From IMG/VR virus record IMGVR_UViG_3300047157_000003, positions 1 to 55,718 of that record: DNA of 55,718 nucleotides; one strand, 5' to 3'. Below, piece by piece: positions 28,395 to 38,708 of the stretch. Positions within the stretch are counted from its first letter, which is position 1. Each line of letters begins with the position of its first letter. Source of the stretch: a virus. Its lineage: Duplodnaviria; Caudoviricetes. The notes beneath the pieces are model-generated. The model was not told where the DNA came from, ran no database searches, and worked only from the letters and a program-made list of their open reading frames with translations. Position numbers and translations under genes: made by a program.

Positions 28395-29267
28395 TCATTT
28401 GTTGTACTGCATATCGACCATTTTCTCATGCAGAATCTGTTGTGCTAGATTGTTACGCAAGGCTTTCTTGTTGTCAGCTATCTCTGAATCAGCAAGACCG
28501 GGGGCGTCAGCATACACACCGCCATTAATAGATGCGTTATAGTACATAGCTAAGTTTGTTTGTTGGTTAATAGCCATGATAATATCATCTTGTCCTTGTG
28601 TCTTAAACAGGGTCAGTGCATTGGCAGACGCTGTTAGACCCATCTCAATTCTATTTTCTTCCTCTTCCTCTTCTTCAGAAAGTATCAGATTGCCATCTTC
28701 ATCATACTGAAAGTCTGTATCCGCGTCTATAGCAGCCATAGCGTCATCATCTTCTAGTACGTCATACAGTTCAACTACAGGTATTACAGGTATAGGTTTG
28801 ACATATCCCGGACATGCAGGGTTAGATTGCTCATCATAACATTCGTCTAATCTATAACTATATATAACCATAGCATCTTTGACCGAACCTTCCCCTTCAA
28901 CATCAATCGAACCCGCACCCCATTGCGGAGCTGGAATGTTCGAAAGGGGAAACGATCTAACAATAGTGTTTCCGGGAACTCCTGACCAATCGTCTGTTTT
29001 TCGAAAGATATAGCCATCTGCGTCAACATTCTTATTGCCAATATGCACTTTCATATCAGCGTCAGGGTCTTTTACTGTTGTGTATTTGTATAGTAAGCCG
29101 TTAATATCAATACCCGGAATATCAGGCAAAACAGAACTCATGCTCCAGCTTAGTGCTGTAGACGCGGCATTCCCTGTTGTCCCATAACTATAAGGGTCAC
29201 AAGAAGAGTAAGAAGGCCAAAGTGCTAATAATAACACTAAGACCCGTTTTTGTTTCAACGTTTTCAT
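28395..29267 (-). CDS. Secreted hypothetical protein
   Basis: Basic/hydrophobic N-terminus, 'C......ACPGY', acidic linker. Confidence 0.6.
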   Translation of the reverse strand: MKTLKQKRVLVLLLALWPSYSSCDPYSYGTTGNAASTALSWSMSSVLPDIPGIDINGLLYKYTTVKDPDADMKVHIGNKNVDADGYIFRKTDDWSGVPGNTIVRSFPLSNIPAPQWGAGSIDVEGEGSVKDAMVIYSYRLDECYDEQSNPACPGYVKPIPVIPVVELYDVLEDDDAMAAIDADTDFQYDEDGNLILSEEEEEEENRIEMGLTASANALTLFKTQGQDDIIMAINQQTNLAMYYNASINGGVYADAPGLADSEIADNKKALRNNLAQQILHEKMVDMQYNK

Positions 29268-29763
29268 TGAACATCTTTCTCATAGGATTGTTCTGATCTC
29301 TTTGTATTTCTTCTTTTACGGCTTCCATTTCCCATGCCAGTCTAGCTTTGTCGCCCACCAACCCATCCTTGGGACAGGGCGTCCCCGCGTTGAGCATGGC
29401 TTCAAACACTCTTTCGTCCTGACACATTACAGATACGGCAGCTACCTTCATGCCCATATCGTACATGGTTTTAGCATTTTTGAGCTTTTCACAGTTCATA
29501 TCTCTAACAGTACGACCAGCAGAGATACCAAGTATTTGTGTTTGTACTGCACCAGCAACCCCGACAGTACATAAGTCAGAGTTACTTGCGCTGATCTGTG
29601 GGGAAATTGCAGAGGGCGGTGGACTGTTGATAGTAGTGTCCATTGTACCATCCGACCTTACTGTGCTTTCAGACTTAATCGTATCGTCATCATCAGCAAA
29701 AACAGTATTACCAATAGTAAGACCTGCAATAAAGAAGAACAATATTACAAGTGAGCGTATCAT
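29197..29763 (-). CDS. Secreted Cys-containing protein with C-terminal hydrophobic anchor
   Basis: Signal peptide ending VFA, 4 Cys, hydrophobic C-terminus. Confidence 0.65.
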   Translation of the reverse strand: MIRSLVILFFFIAGLTIGNTVFADDDDTIKSESTVRSDGTMDTTINSPPPSAISPQISASNSDLCTVGVAGAVQTQILGISAGRTVRDMNCEKLKNAKTMYDMGMKVAAVSVMCQDERVFEAMLNAGTPCPKDGLVGDKARLAWEMEAVKEEIQRDQNNPMRKMFNENVETKTGLSVIISTLAFLLFL

Positions 29764-29996
29764 TTTCTTTCTACCAGCCTGTCTAGCTTTTCTTCAATAC
29801 GATCAAATTTACTCATTATTTGACCTAATACTTGAGATGAGTCAGCCTTAGTGACGTACTCTTTAGCCAACTCTTCTCTAGTTCTGTTAAGCAAAATGGT
29901 GACGCGCTTTAGTTCTTCATGGTGGGCTTTAATCCACCATATTAAAAAACCAAATCCTGCGGTTAAAGCGAAGTTCCAAAGCGCGTCCATTTGCAT
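29760..29996 (-). CDS. Small TM/coiled-coil protein
   Basis: N-terminal TM and 'RIEEKLDRL'. Confidence 0.65.
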   Translation of the reverse strand: MQMDALWNFALTAGFGFLIWWIKAHHEELKRVTILLNRTREELAKEYVTKADSSQVLGQIMSKFDRIEEKLDRLVERK

Positions 29997-30235
29997 TAGT
30001 TTACAACTTCCGCTTCTTCTGCTTCAGCTTCTTCTGGGTTCTCCAGAGAGTCAGCCAAACGTGCAACAAAAGCGTCACGACCCACGGAAAGTTGATCTAA
30101 GTTAAATCGAGCATTGTCCATTTTACGCCCTAGATCATTAACGTGATTAAGCAAAGCTTTTTGCCCGTCTGTCATGTCTTCAATAATGTATTCTTTATCG
30201 TTGACTGTAATTGGGGTCTTTTCATTTTTTCCCAT
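29996..30235 (-). CDS. Hypothetical protein (tail-fibre associated)
   Basis: ORF with AGGAG RBS. Confidence 0.65.
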   Translation of the reverse strand: MGKNEKTPITVNDKEYIIEDMTDGQKALLNHVNDLGRKMDNARFNLDQLSVGRDAFVARLADSLENPEEAEAEEAEVVN

Positions 30236-30260
30236 TGTAGTCTCCTATGGTTAAGTTAAT

Positions 30261-30512
30261 TTATGCGTCTATAAAATTAGTAGCCGCAGTTATTGCGCTA
30301 TCAACAGAAGTCATATCTTCACTTCCCCAATCGCTCAATGTTTTCATGTGAACCAAGTAGCCCATGCTACGTCCCACACGTTCTTTTTTCTCATCGGTAG
30401 TCATGTCGCTACCAAAATCATTATCGTCATCTAAGACGTTAGTGATTACGCTTACACTACCAAGCATTGCTGAGTAGTCCTGTGCGATTTGTTCATCTGT
30501 TCGATCTGTCAT
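30261..30512 (-). CDS. Hypothetical protein (tail-fibre associated)
   Basis: ORF directly after tail fibre. Confidence 0.65.
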   Translation of the reverse strand: MTDRTDEQIAQDYSAMLGSVSVITNVLDDDNDFGSDMTTDEKKERVGRSMGYLVHMKTLSDWGSEDMTSVDSAITAATNFIDA

Positions 30513-30516
30513 TGTT

Positions 30517-33500
30517 TTATCCTTCTAGTGTTGCGATACGTGCTTCTAGTGCATCGTTCTTTGCTGATAATTCTTGTACTGCTTTAATAAGTGGGTAGAC
30601 AAACATAGACTGTGCTACACCTTGTATTCCACTATTTTCTTCTTCAGAGTGACCACCAAAATCTGTAATGTTATGTGTATCTAAAGCCGCTTTAACTTCT
30701 TGGGCAATTAAACCGTACAACTTATTCGTATGCTCTGCGGTTGTTTTTTCTGCGTCATAGTCAGGTAAGGTATTAGGTATTTCAGATTTTGCTCTAAACT
30801 TAAATGTTACAGTGCGTAAATCGTTAATAAAATCTAAACCACAATCAGTGTTGGTCTGAATCTCTTTTTTATATCGTTCATCCGACACCCTAGTAAAAGT
30901 GGCATTAGAGGTAAACTGATTATAAACACGATCAGAGCCATTATCTTTACCAAAAGTAAATGTACTATTTCCAACACCTATTGTAGCTTTACCCAAAACA
31001 ATTTGGCTAGTACCACCGACAGCACTTGTCTCAGTCCCATTCCCAACAAGGGTGTTGTTTGATCCTGTCGTGATTGCATCACCTGCTTGCATACCAATTA
31101 AGGTATTTCTGTCACCTGTGGTTACTGCGTACCCTGCACCAGTACCTACGGCGGTATTGAAGCTATCTACACTTGAAGTAAAGTTTTGTGTAAATAGTGC
31201 TTTTTCACCTATTGCAACTGAGTTCTCGCCTAGAGTATCTGAACCAAGAGCATCTTTGCCAACGGCTGTATTACTGTTTGATGATGTAAGTCCATCCCCC
31301 GCATTTGCACCAATTAAAGTATTAAATCTACCTGTGGTTGCATTATAACCAGCACTTGCGCCAATAGCTACGTTGAAACTATCTGTAGCGGATGTGAAGT
31401 TTTGTGTAGCTAAAGCACCATCACCTATAGCTGTAGATTTAGAACCTAAAGTATCGCCAGATAGTGCGGCATACCCTACAACTACGTTTTTATCAGCATC
31501 AGTAAGAGAATCACCTGCCGAACTACCAATTATTGTATTCCGTATGCCTGTTGTGATTGCTTTAGCAGAGTCAGACCCAATGGCTGTGTTGTAACTACTT
31601 GTAGATGTAGTAAAGTTTTGAGCTTCAAGAGCCGAATGACCGACTGCTGTATTTTTACTTCCTTTAGTATCAGTCGTTAAAGCACTCTGACCAATTGCAA
31701 CATTGTGGTCAGCGTCAGTGAGTGCATCACCTGCAAGTCCGCCGATAATGGTGTTGTTTATACCTGTGGTTACATCATTACCTGCCTGAAAACCTATAGC
31801 TACGTTATAATTATTAGTAGCAGACGTAAAGTTTTGTGCGCCTAAAGCACCATGTCCAATAGCTATTGCTCTACTACCTTTTGTATCAGCACCTAAAGCT
31901 GAAACACCAATAGCCACGTTATAATCAGCGTCCGTTAATGAGTCACCAGCCTCACCACCAATGAGGGTGTTCTCTCTGCCTGTGGTTACTGATAGACCTG
32001 CATCAAAACCAACTGCTGTGTTGTAAGCATCTGTAGTTGATGTAAAGTTTTGTAGACCTAATGCACCTGCGCCAATCGCTACAGACTTTTTACCTAAAGT
32101 ATCACTACTAAGTGCAAAATAACCAAGTGCAGTGTTCTCTTGACCTGTAGTAAGAGCATCACCAGCAAGACCGCCAATGAGGGTATTTCTTATGCTTGTG
32201 GTTACTTGATTACCTGCGGCGTGTCCTACTGCCGTGTTGTAACTATCTGTTGCTGATGTAAAGTTTTGCTTTTCAAGTGCCTTATAACCAATCGCAATAG
32301 ACCGACTACCTAATGTATCTGTACTTAAAGAGGCTGTACCTACTACTATATTATAGTCTGCATCTGTTAGTGCATCACCAGCTAATGCACCTATGAGTGT
32401 GTTTTCTGTGCCTGAGGTTACATTTATTCCTGCCTGCGAACCAACAGCGGTATTTTTAGATGCAGTCGCACTAGATAAAGCGCCTTGCCCCACTGCTGTG
32501 TTTTCCGAACCTGTGATGTTCTGAGTTAAAGAGGCATCTCCTACTGCTACATTGGAGTTACCCTCTGTCGTTGCGCCCAATGAAGTATAACCAACCGCTA
32601 CGTTATAACTTCCAGTAGTAAGAGCATCACCAGCTAAACCACCAATGAGGGTATCTCTTGTGCCTGTGGTTACTTGATTACCTGCACTCTTACCAACTGC
32701 TGTGTTGAATGAATCAGCACTAGATGTAAAGTTCTGTGATTCTAAGGCGGCATGACCAATAGCAACACTGCTTTGCCCCCTAGTGTCTGAGCTTAAAGCG
32801 CCGTACCCGATAGCCACGTTAGCACTACCATCTGTAAGAGCATCTCCTGCTAATCCACCGATGAGGTTATTAAATCGACCTGTGGTTACTGAGCCACCTG
32901 CAAACATACCAACAGCGGTATTATAGGTTTCAGTGGCTGAAGTAAAGTTTTGTGCAACTAAGGCTTGATAGCCAATAGCTACGCTTCTACTTCCTAAAGT
33001 GTCACTGCCTAAAGCACCAGAACCAATCGCCACATTATAATCAGCATCAGAAAGGGCATCACCAGCTAGTCCACCAATGAGGGTGTTGTTTACGCCTGTT
33101 GTGACTTGACCACCTGCACCATAACCTACTGCTGTGTTGTAAGTGTCTGTAGCAGATGTAAAGTTTTGACTGCTTAAAACTGATCGTCCTATTGCAACAG
33201 TTTTACTTCCTAAAGTATCAGAAGTTAGTGCGTTGTATCCTAGTACAGTATTATCACCACCAGTTGTCAAAGCATCACCTGCAATGCCACCGATAAGGGT
33301 ATTTCGAGTGCCTGTGGTGACTGCGGCTCCTGCGTTGTGTCCTACAGCTACGTTATACATACTTGTAGCTGAAGCAGGATTTTGAGCATTTAAAGCAAAT
33401 GTACCAATCGCTACACTTTCAGCACCTACAGTATTTGTTTGTAAAGCATCAACACCTATAGCCACATTATTTGAAGCTGTAGTGTTTGAATCTAAAGCGT

Positions 33501-35499
33501 CTTTACCTATAGCTACGTTATTAGAACCTGTGGTATTTGAGACTAATGCTTCGTAGCCAACAGCCACGTTATTACTTCCTGACCCTGCGGCACGAAGAGA
33601 AGTGTAACCAACTGCTGTATTATTAGCACCTGTTGAGTTTTGCATTGATAACGTGCCGATAGCAGTATTATTATCATTCGTTGTCACAGAAGACAAAGCC
33701 CCGTAACCAAAGGCGGCACTTGAATTACCTGTAGTAACACTATCACCTGCACCGCTACCCATAAGTGTAATATTAACGCCTGTCGTTACTGACTCACCTG
33801 CGGCATATCCAATTGCAGTATTATGAGATTGCGTAGCAGAGGTAAAGTTTTGACTATATAAAGCGTTTCTGCCTATAGCAGTAGAATAACTACCTAACGT
33901 ATCTGATGTTAAAGCGTTATAACCAACAGCCACATTATAATCAGCATCGGTTAAAGAATCTCCTGCTAATGCACCTATGAGGGTGTTTTGAACGCCTGTG
34001 GTGATATTTTCACCCGTATTGTAACCAACAGCTACATTGTAGTTTGTTGTCGCAGAAGTGAAGTTTTGTCTTTCAAGTGCTTGGTATCCAATAGCAACAG
34101 AACCACTACCAAGCGTATCTGTCCCCAAAGCGTCAAACCCAATAGCTACGTTGTAATTAGCATTAGTTAAAGCATCTCCTGCAATTCCACCGATAATAGT
34201 GTTTCTTACGCCTGTGCCTATTTGCGACCCTGCTAATGCACCAACAGCGGTGTTATAATTGCTCGCATTATTATTTTGTGTAAGTAGCGCACGATAACCA
34301 ATAGCAGTAGAAAAGTTACCTGTATCTTCTGTTTTTAATGCTTCCCAACCAAGAGCTACATTAGCTTCACCATTTGTAATCGCAGTACCTGCACTTGAAC
34401 CTATAGCTACATTATAGTTACCACCAGATTGCACACTATCTAATGCAGTATCACCCAACGCCACATTGGCTGTACCAACAGGATAATTCCCGTCTAGCTT
34501 GATTGTGCCGCCGTCTACTGAAACATTACCAGCAACTGTAAGGCCGTCTGTTACGGCTGTGCCTGTTACGTCAATGCCTGTTGATGTTGTGGCTAGTTTT
34601 TCAGAGCCGTAGTTGTACATCAAAGCTGCACCAGTGTTTCCGTTTGCTCTAAAATAGTCAGCCATTCCACCAGAACCGTTATCTGATTTTATAATTACAT
34701 TGTAATCATCAAGGGTGTTTTGAATAATTATACTACCAGTTTGACCCTCAATGTAGTTATTCGCCCCATCATGATAAATCTGTAGGTCAGACCCAGCACC
34801 GAATATGGCTTTTGAGTTGTCCGCAAATGTAATGTCGTCGCCTGTAGATACCGCAAGATCAGTACCGCCAGTCGTGTTTCCGTTAGCAAGTATCTCTGCA
34901 AGCGTATCAACCGTGCCAACCTGACTATCCACATACGCTTTAATAGACTGTTGTGTAGAAAGAGCTGTAGCACTATTAGATGCCATGTTATCTTCATCAA
35001 GAATTGCTGTAACAGAAACGCTACCTAATCTTAAACCATCAAAGTAAGCATTGTTAAATACGTTTGCGGCTACAGCACCTGTGCCGCCACCATTAAAGTA
35101 AACAACTGCTGTTGTACCCGCTGGAATTTCATAGTCATTAGATGCGTTATATGTACCTTGAAAGACAATAATACTGCGTGAGCCAGATAAGGCGTTTCGA
35201 ATGTAAATAATTTTTTCAGCATCATTTGGTGTTAATTGAACATAAGCTGTTGCCCCAAGATCACCACTATCTACATAAGAAATTAAACGATTTCTGCCAT
35301 TAGATGATGCTCCATCTGAAACTGGAAGCGCGTTTGGCGATCCAGAAGAGCCTGCTGATGATAATGTTAAGCTAATTTGACCGTCTAGCGCGGTATCAAT
35401 TAGTTCTAAATTTGTATTTGTTGTATCGCCCCATGTACCTGACTGTTCGCCAGTTCCTATGAGTTCGATCCCATTATTTAACGTATATGTACTAGCCAT
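30517..35499 (-). CDS. Long tail fibre with YadA-like beta-roll repeats and C-terminal peptidase S74 chaperone
   Basis: N(V/T)A(I/V)G repeats; 'SDERYKKEI...GL.FIN.L...GLIAQEV...PLIKAVQELS'. Confidence 0.85.
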   Translation of the reverse strand: MASTYTLNNGIELIGTGEQSGTWGDTTNTNLELIDTALDGQISLTLSSAGSSGSPNALPVSDGASSNGRNRLISYVDSGDLGATAYVQLTPNDAEKIIYIRNALSGSRSIIVFQGTYNASNDYEIPAGTTAVVYFNGGGTGAVAANVFNNAYFDGLRLGSVSVTAILDEDNMASNSATALSTQQSIKAYVDSQVGTVDTLAEILANGNTTGGTDLAVSTGDDITFADNSKAIFGAGSDLQIYHDGANNYIEGQTGSIIIQNTLDDYNVIIKSDNGSGGMADYFRANGNTGAALMYNYGSEKLATTSTGIDVTGTAVTDGLTVAGNVSVDGGTIKLDGNYPVGTANVALGDTALDSVQSGGNYNVAIGSSAGTAITNGEANVALGWEALKTEDTGNFSTAIGYRALLTQNNNASNYNTAVGALAGSQIGTGVRNTIIGGIAGDALTNANYNVAIGFDALGTDTLGSGSVAIGYQALERQNFTSATTNYNVAVGYNTGENITTGVQNTLIGALAGDSLTDADYNVAVGYNALTSDTLGSYSTAIGRNALYSQNFTSATQSHNTAIGYAAGESVTTGVNITLMGSGAGDSVTTGNSSAAFGYGALSSVTTNDNNTAIGTLSMQNSTGANNTAVGYTSLRAAGSGSNNVAVGYEALVSNTTGSNNVAIGKDALDSNTTASNNVAIGVDALQTNTVGAESVAIGTFALNAQNPASATSMYNVAVGHNAGAAVTTGTRNTLIGGIAGDALTTGGDNTVLGYNALTSDTLGSKTVAIGRSVLSSQNFTSATDTYNTAVGYGAGGQVTTGVNNTLIGGLAGDALSDADYNVAIGSGALGSDTLGSRSVAIGYQALVAQNFTSATETYNTAVGMFAGGSVTTGRFNNLIGGLAGDALTDGSANVAIGYGALSSDTRGQSSVAIGHAALESQNFTSSADSFNTAVGKSAGNQVTTGTRDTLIGGLAGDALTTGSYNVAVGYTSLGATTEGNSNVAVGDASLTQNITGSENTAVGQGALSSATASKNTAVGSQAGINVTSGTENTLIGALAGDALTDADYNIVVGTASLSTDTLGSRSIAIGYKALEKQNFTSATDSYNTAVGHAAGNQVTTSIRNTLIGGLAGDALTTGQENTALGYFALSSDTLGKKSVAIGAGALGLQNFTSTTDAYNTAVGFDAGLSVTTGRENTLIGGEAGDSLTDADYNVAIGVSALGADTKGSRAIAIGHGALGAQNFTSATNNYNVAIGFQAGNDVTTGINNTIIGGLAGDALTDADHNVAIGQSALTTDTKGSKNTAVGHSALEAQNFTTSTSSYNTAIGSDSAKAITTGIRNTIIGSSAGDSLTDADKNVVVGYAALSGDTLGSKSTAIGDGALATQNFTSATDSFNVAIGASAGYNATTGRFNTLIGANAGDGLTSSNSNTAVGKDALGSDTLGENSVAIGEKALFTQNFTSSVDSFNTAVGTGAGYAVTTGDRNTLIGMQAGDAITTGSNNTLVGNGTETSAVGGTSQIVLGKATIGVGNSTFTFGKDNGSDRVYNQFTSNATFTRVSDERYKKEIQTNTDCGLDFINDLRTVTFKFRAKSEIPNTLPDYDAEKTTAEHTNKLYGLIAQEVKAALDTHNITDFGGHSEEENSGIQGVAQSMFVYPLIKAVQELSAKNDALEARIATLEG

Positions 35500-35508
35500 T
35501 TTGCGTTC

Positions 35509-36279
35509 CTATGCTGCTATATCGTCCCATCCGGGGCTTTGAGACGGAGATTCGTCAGTCCACGATGGGGTAGAAGATGGATTAATTGGATTATAGCTTG
35601 GATTTTGATTTGGCACAATACCTCCCCAAACTAAAACTTGAGCAGTGTCTGCTGTAGCAGAAACTCCTGTAATATTAACAATTGCGTCTGATTCTGTATC
35701 AACAGTGCCTACTTGGCCTGTTCCTTGTGAACCTGTTACGTTTACTGTAACAAAAATACCTACATCAACAGAACCAACAGAACCTGTAGCTGCAATGCCA
35801 GTTGGATTAACAACTGCTTCAGCAATAACAGAAACCGCACCTACAGATGCAGTTGATTCAAGGCCAGTAACAGAAGTTATTGCGTCAGCAGTAACAACGA
35901 CAGAGCCTACAGAGCCTGTGCCAGCTACTCCAGTAGGATTAACAACAGCTTCTGCAATTACAGTTAGTGATCCGGGTGATCCTGTAGCGGCAACGCCAGT
36001 GACGTTTACATTGACACCAACACCCTCAACTACAGTAACGGAACCTACTACGCCTGTTGATGATACACCTGTTACATTAACATTTGCATCTGCATTTACC
36101 AATACAGATGTAACTGAAGCATTTGCTTGCAGTCCAGTTGTTGGAACATTGGCTTCACCAATAATACTTACTGAGCCAATAGAGCCTGTGCCTGCAACAC
36201 CCGAAACAGTAACAGGAATGGCGGTATTCCAAGCCGCTTCAGACCAAGAACCTCGACCCCATCCCGTTATTGTCGCCAT
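35509..36279 (-). CDS. V/T/G-rich structural (tail) protein
   Basis: 'GWGRGSW' N-terminus and repeated V.VTG..ATG.VGSV. Confidence 0.65.
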   Translation of the reverse strand: MATITGWGRGSWSEAAWNTAIPVTVSGVAGTGSIGSVSIIGEANVPTTGLQANASVTSVLVNADANVNVTGVSSTGVVGSVTVVEGVGVNVNVTGVAATGSPGSLTVIAEAVVNPTGVAGTGSVGSVVVTADAITSVTGLESTASVGAVSVIAEAVVNPTGIAATGSVGSVDVGIFVTVNVTGSQGTGQVGTVDTESDAIVNITGVSATADTAQVLVWGGIVPNQNPSYNPINPSSTPSWTDESPSQSPGWDDIAA

Positions 36280-36292
36280 CGGATGTTACTCC

Positions 36293-36727
36293 TTATGCGA
36301 TGCGAATAATCGCGTTACTTGCGTCTGCTGTTGGGAATACAACTGTAAAATCACCATTTGTAGATGTTTTATCTGAACCAAAGTCCAAGATCACAACTGC
36401 TGGATTTCCTGCTGCTGTATCATTGTATATCATAGCACCACGAGCAGTTATAGTCGATGAAGACCAAGTTGTATCTGCAAAATCAGTAAAGGCTGTAGTT
36501 CCTGAGCTTGTCGGATCAACACGAGTTAGTGTATTTCCACCTGCCGTATAATTGGTGCCTGTAACTTCATTAGAAGTAGTGTAAGCTGTAGTTGCAGCGT
36601 TAAAAGAAGCACTATTTGTATATAGAGCTATCTTAAAGGTGTCTCCACCTGAGTTTTTAAAGTTATGCACGGCCTCAAGAAGCTCTTTCTTAAAGCTCGT
36701 ACACATAAAATTACCTGAAAAGGCCAT
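36293..36727 (-). CDS. Structural protein
   Basis: 'SFKKELL', 'FKIALY', 'ITARGA.IYN', 'LDFG.DK'. Confidence 0.65.
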   Translation of the reverse strand: MAFSGNFMCTSFKKELLEAVHNFKNSGGDTFKIALYTNSASFNAATTAYTTSNEVTGTNYTAGGNTLTRVDPTSSGTTAFTDFADTTWSSSTITARGAMIYNDTAAGNPAVVILDFGSDKTSTNGDFTVVFPTADASNAIIRIA

Positions 36728-36783
36728 GTCATAATCTCCTTATGAATCTAATGTTAGTATATTATAATTATTTATGCCGATTG

Positions 36784-37449
36784 TCATGTTTTTTCTCTCA
36801 TAATTAAACCAGTGCGATAAGCATCGGTAACTTCTTGAGATTCCCCAAAGTTTTTGACCCTAGACATGGCTTCAGTAAACCGCTGAGTATAGTTTGCAAC
36901 TAAGTCAGCTTCACCCTTCATAAATGTATAAGCCTCAATAAGAGTTCCATACAATAAAGCCACAGAAGCATTTGTACTTAACCATGTAGTATTGTTATCG
37001 CCTACAGACGTTAGACTTGGAGGTCTATAGAAGTAATGTAGCTCTACTTCATATGCCTGATCTGGACTGGGAGCTAATATAAAGTTATTTATGTCGAATT
37101 GAGCATAATAACGAGGCCCACCAGTTGTAGATTTATTGGGATTAAAAGACTGAACAAAGTTTACGTCCTTAAACATAACAAATTCTTTTGAATTGTTGGT
37201 TGTATAAGAAAGGCTAAATGGAGCCAAATAATCAGTCGGTAAGGCAAGATATTGAGCATTATTTGCATCTGTAGCGTATGCTGTTAGATTTCCTGTCTTA
37301 TTCTTCCTAAAAACCTCTAATTGAGCTATTTTTAAGATACGTTCTTCTGCATTCTTGATAAATACATTGATATTATTCACAAAAGTTGTTTCTGTGTTCT
37401 CAGTGTAGTCTTGAATTGCTGTTTTCATTTCTGCGTATGTAAAACTCAT
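36784..37449 (-). CDS. Head-tail adaptor/tail tubular protein
   Basis: 'P.YYA', 'AP.PD..Y.VEL.Y', 'LLYG.L.EA'. Confidence 0.65.
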   Translation of the reverse strand: MSFTYAEMKTAIQDYTENTETTFVNNINVFIKNAEERILKIAQLEVFRKNKTGNLTAYATDANNAQYLALPTDYLAPFSLSYTTNNSKEFVMFKDVNFVQSFNPNKSTTGGPRYYAQFDINNFILAPSPDQAYEVELHYFYRPPSLTSVGDNNTTWLSTNASVALLYGTLIEAYTFMKGEADLVANYTQRFTEAMSRVKNFGESQEVTDAYRTGLIMREKT

Positions 37450-37778
37450 GATATTGTCACCGTAACTCCACCTACTGCACCAGTAGCAACTAAATTATTA
37501 GGGGTTAAGCCCCCATCGTATGCCATTCCTACTGGATTCCATCCCCATTGTATATTGTCTTGTTGCGCAACGTTCTGTTCAGGACGTGGATTTCGCAACG
37601 CTTGTGGGTCTGGAGTAGCTCGTAATGGCTCTAATTGAGGTTGTTTTGCTTCCCATTCATCCTTTCCAACCAATAAACCATTCCACTCTTTTCGCATGTC
37701 TCTCAAGCGATAACGGAAGCCAGAACGGTCAGATATACCATATGCCCATTTTCCAGTGGCATATTTAGACATAGCCAT
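37446..37778 (-). CDS. Conserved hypothetical structural-region protein
   Basis: 'SDRSGFRY...EWNGLLV...EWE.KQPQL...DPQAL.NPRP'. Confidence 0.65.
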   Translation of the reverse strand: MAMSKYATGKWAYGISDRSGFRYRLRDMRKEWNGLLVGKDEWEAKQPQLEPLRATPDPQALRNPRPEQNVAQQDNIQWGWNPVGMAYDGGLTPNNLVATGAVGGVTVTIS

Positions 37779-38433
37779 AGCTCCTTAAATCTGGAGCCAC
37801 ACGGAAAGATGCTCTATCTCTATCTTCATCCATTGCGCGGTTTATTTCTTCTTCATACACCGCTTTTAGCATCTGTGAGCGATCTGGAGCGCGTTTCATA
37901 GAGATATAATAGGCTAATCCAGCCGCTAAAGCAGGGTAAAAACGGAAGGGAACTTGCGCTGTATTAGTGTAAGTATCAGCGTCATCCATGCGTATTAAAG
38001 CGTCATAATACACCACATCAGTGCTATTATCAGGCAAAGGCCACATTTGAAGAACTGGATTTATTTGCCTATCAACAAAAAACTGTGTTGGCCTTGCAAC
38101 TGTAGATTTTGTTGGAATATTGAGGTATTCGTCTCTACTTATGCGATTTAAAGCATAATCTGTTCCATCTCGACGTATAACTAAAGATAATATGTCAATT
38201 ACATCAGTTCCAAGAGGCTGATCACCGTCTCCTTGAGTAACTGTGAAGTTTCTTTGTGCTATAGTCCATTGATTTAAGCCTCTATTCGCCCAATCAGCAA
38301 ACATTAGGTTCATAGAGCGCTTTGCAGTCTTTAAATCATATCCAGTACGAACCTCTAAGCCACATCGCTCAAAAGCTTCCTCAATATAGTCTGCTACGTC
38401 TAATTCAAAGTCCTTAGAGCCTGATACAGTCAT
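37765..38433 (-). CDS. Head-tail adaptor/tail tubular protein A-like
   Basis: 'IEEAFERCG', 'WANRGLN.W', 'IP.K....RP.QF'. Confidence 0.65.
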   Translation of the reverse strand: MTVSGSKDFELDVADYIEEAFERCGLEVRTGYDLKTAKRSMNLMFADWANRGLNQWTIAQRNFTVTQGDGDQPLGTDVIDILSLVIRRDGTDYALNRISRDEYLNIPTKSTVARPTQFFVDRQINPVLQMWPLPDNSTDVVYYDALIRMDDADTYTNTAQVPFRFYPALAAGLAYYISMKRAPDRSQMLKAVYEEEINRAMDEDRDRASFRVAPDLRSYGYV

Positions 38434-38708
38434 TTCTTTTTCCTTTTTAAAGCCTTTACTCTACGAGGCTTGCCCGCAGGTTGACCAATACGCTTCTTTT
38501 GGGCTACTCTACTACGCTTTTCGCTCGCTGTCATCTCTGATCTTGTTTTTGGTGTCTTAGAGCTTACGCGCTTAGTGGGGCGACAATAAGGAGTTGAGCG
38601 TTTTTCGCCCTTTTTACGTCCACAAGGCTTACCTGTTTTAACATCTTTCCAGTCTTCTTTAAACCAACGCTTTAAAGCAGCACCTTTTTTTGTTTTTCTT
38701 ACAGCCAT
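38430..38708 (-). CDS. Basic protein (DUF5872-like)
   Basis: 'LKRWFKEDW', 'PYCRP'; strongly K/R-rich. Confidence 0.6.
   Translation of the reverse strand: MAVRKTKKGAALKRWFKEDWKDVKTGKPCGRKKGEKRSTPYCRPTKRVSSKTPKTRSEMTASEKRSRVAQKKRIGQPAGKPRRVKALKRKKK

Noticed and set aside
30517-35499. Diversity-generating retroelement targeting the tail fibre
   Set aside because: No reverse transcriptase and no adenine-specific TR/VR pair seen
35645-36376. 243-aa plus-strand ORF and similar antisense ORFs throughout the late region
   Set aside because: Shadow frames of well-supported minus-strand genes
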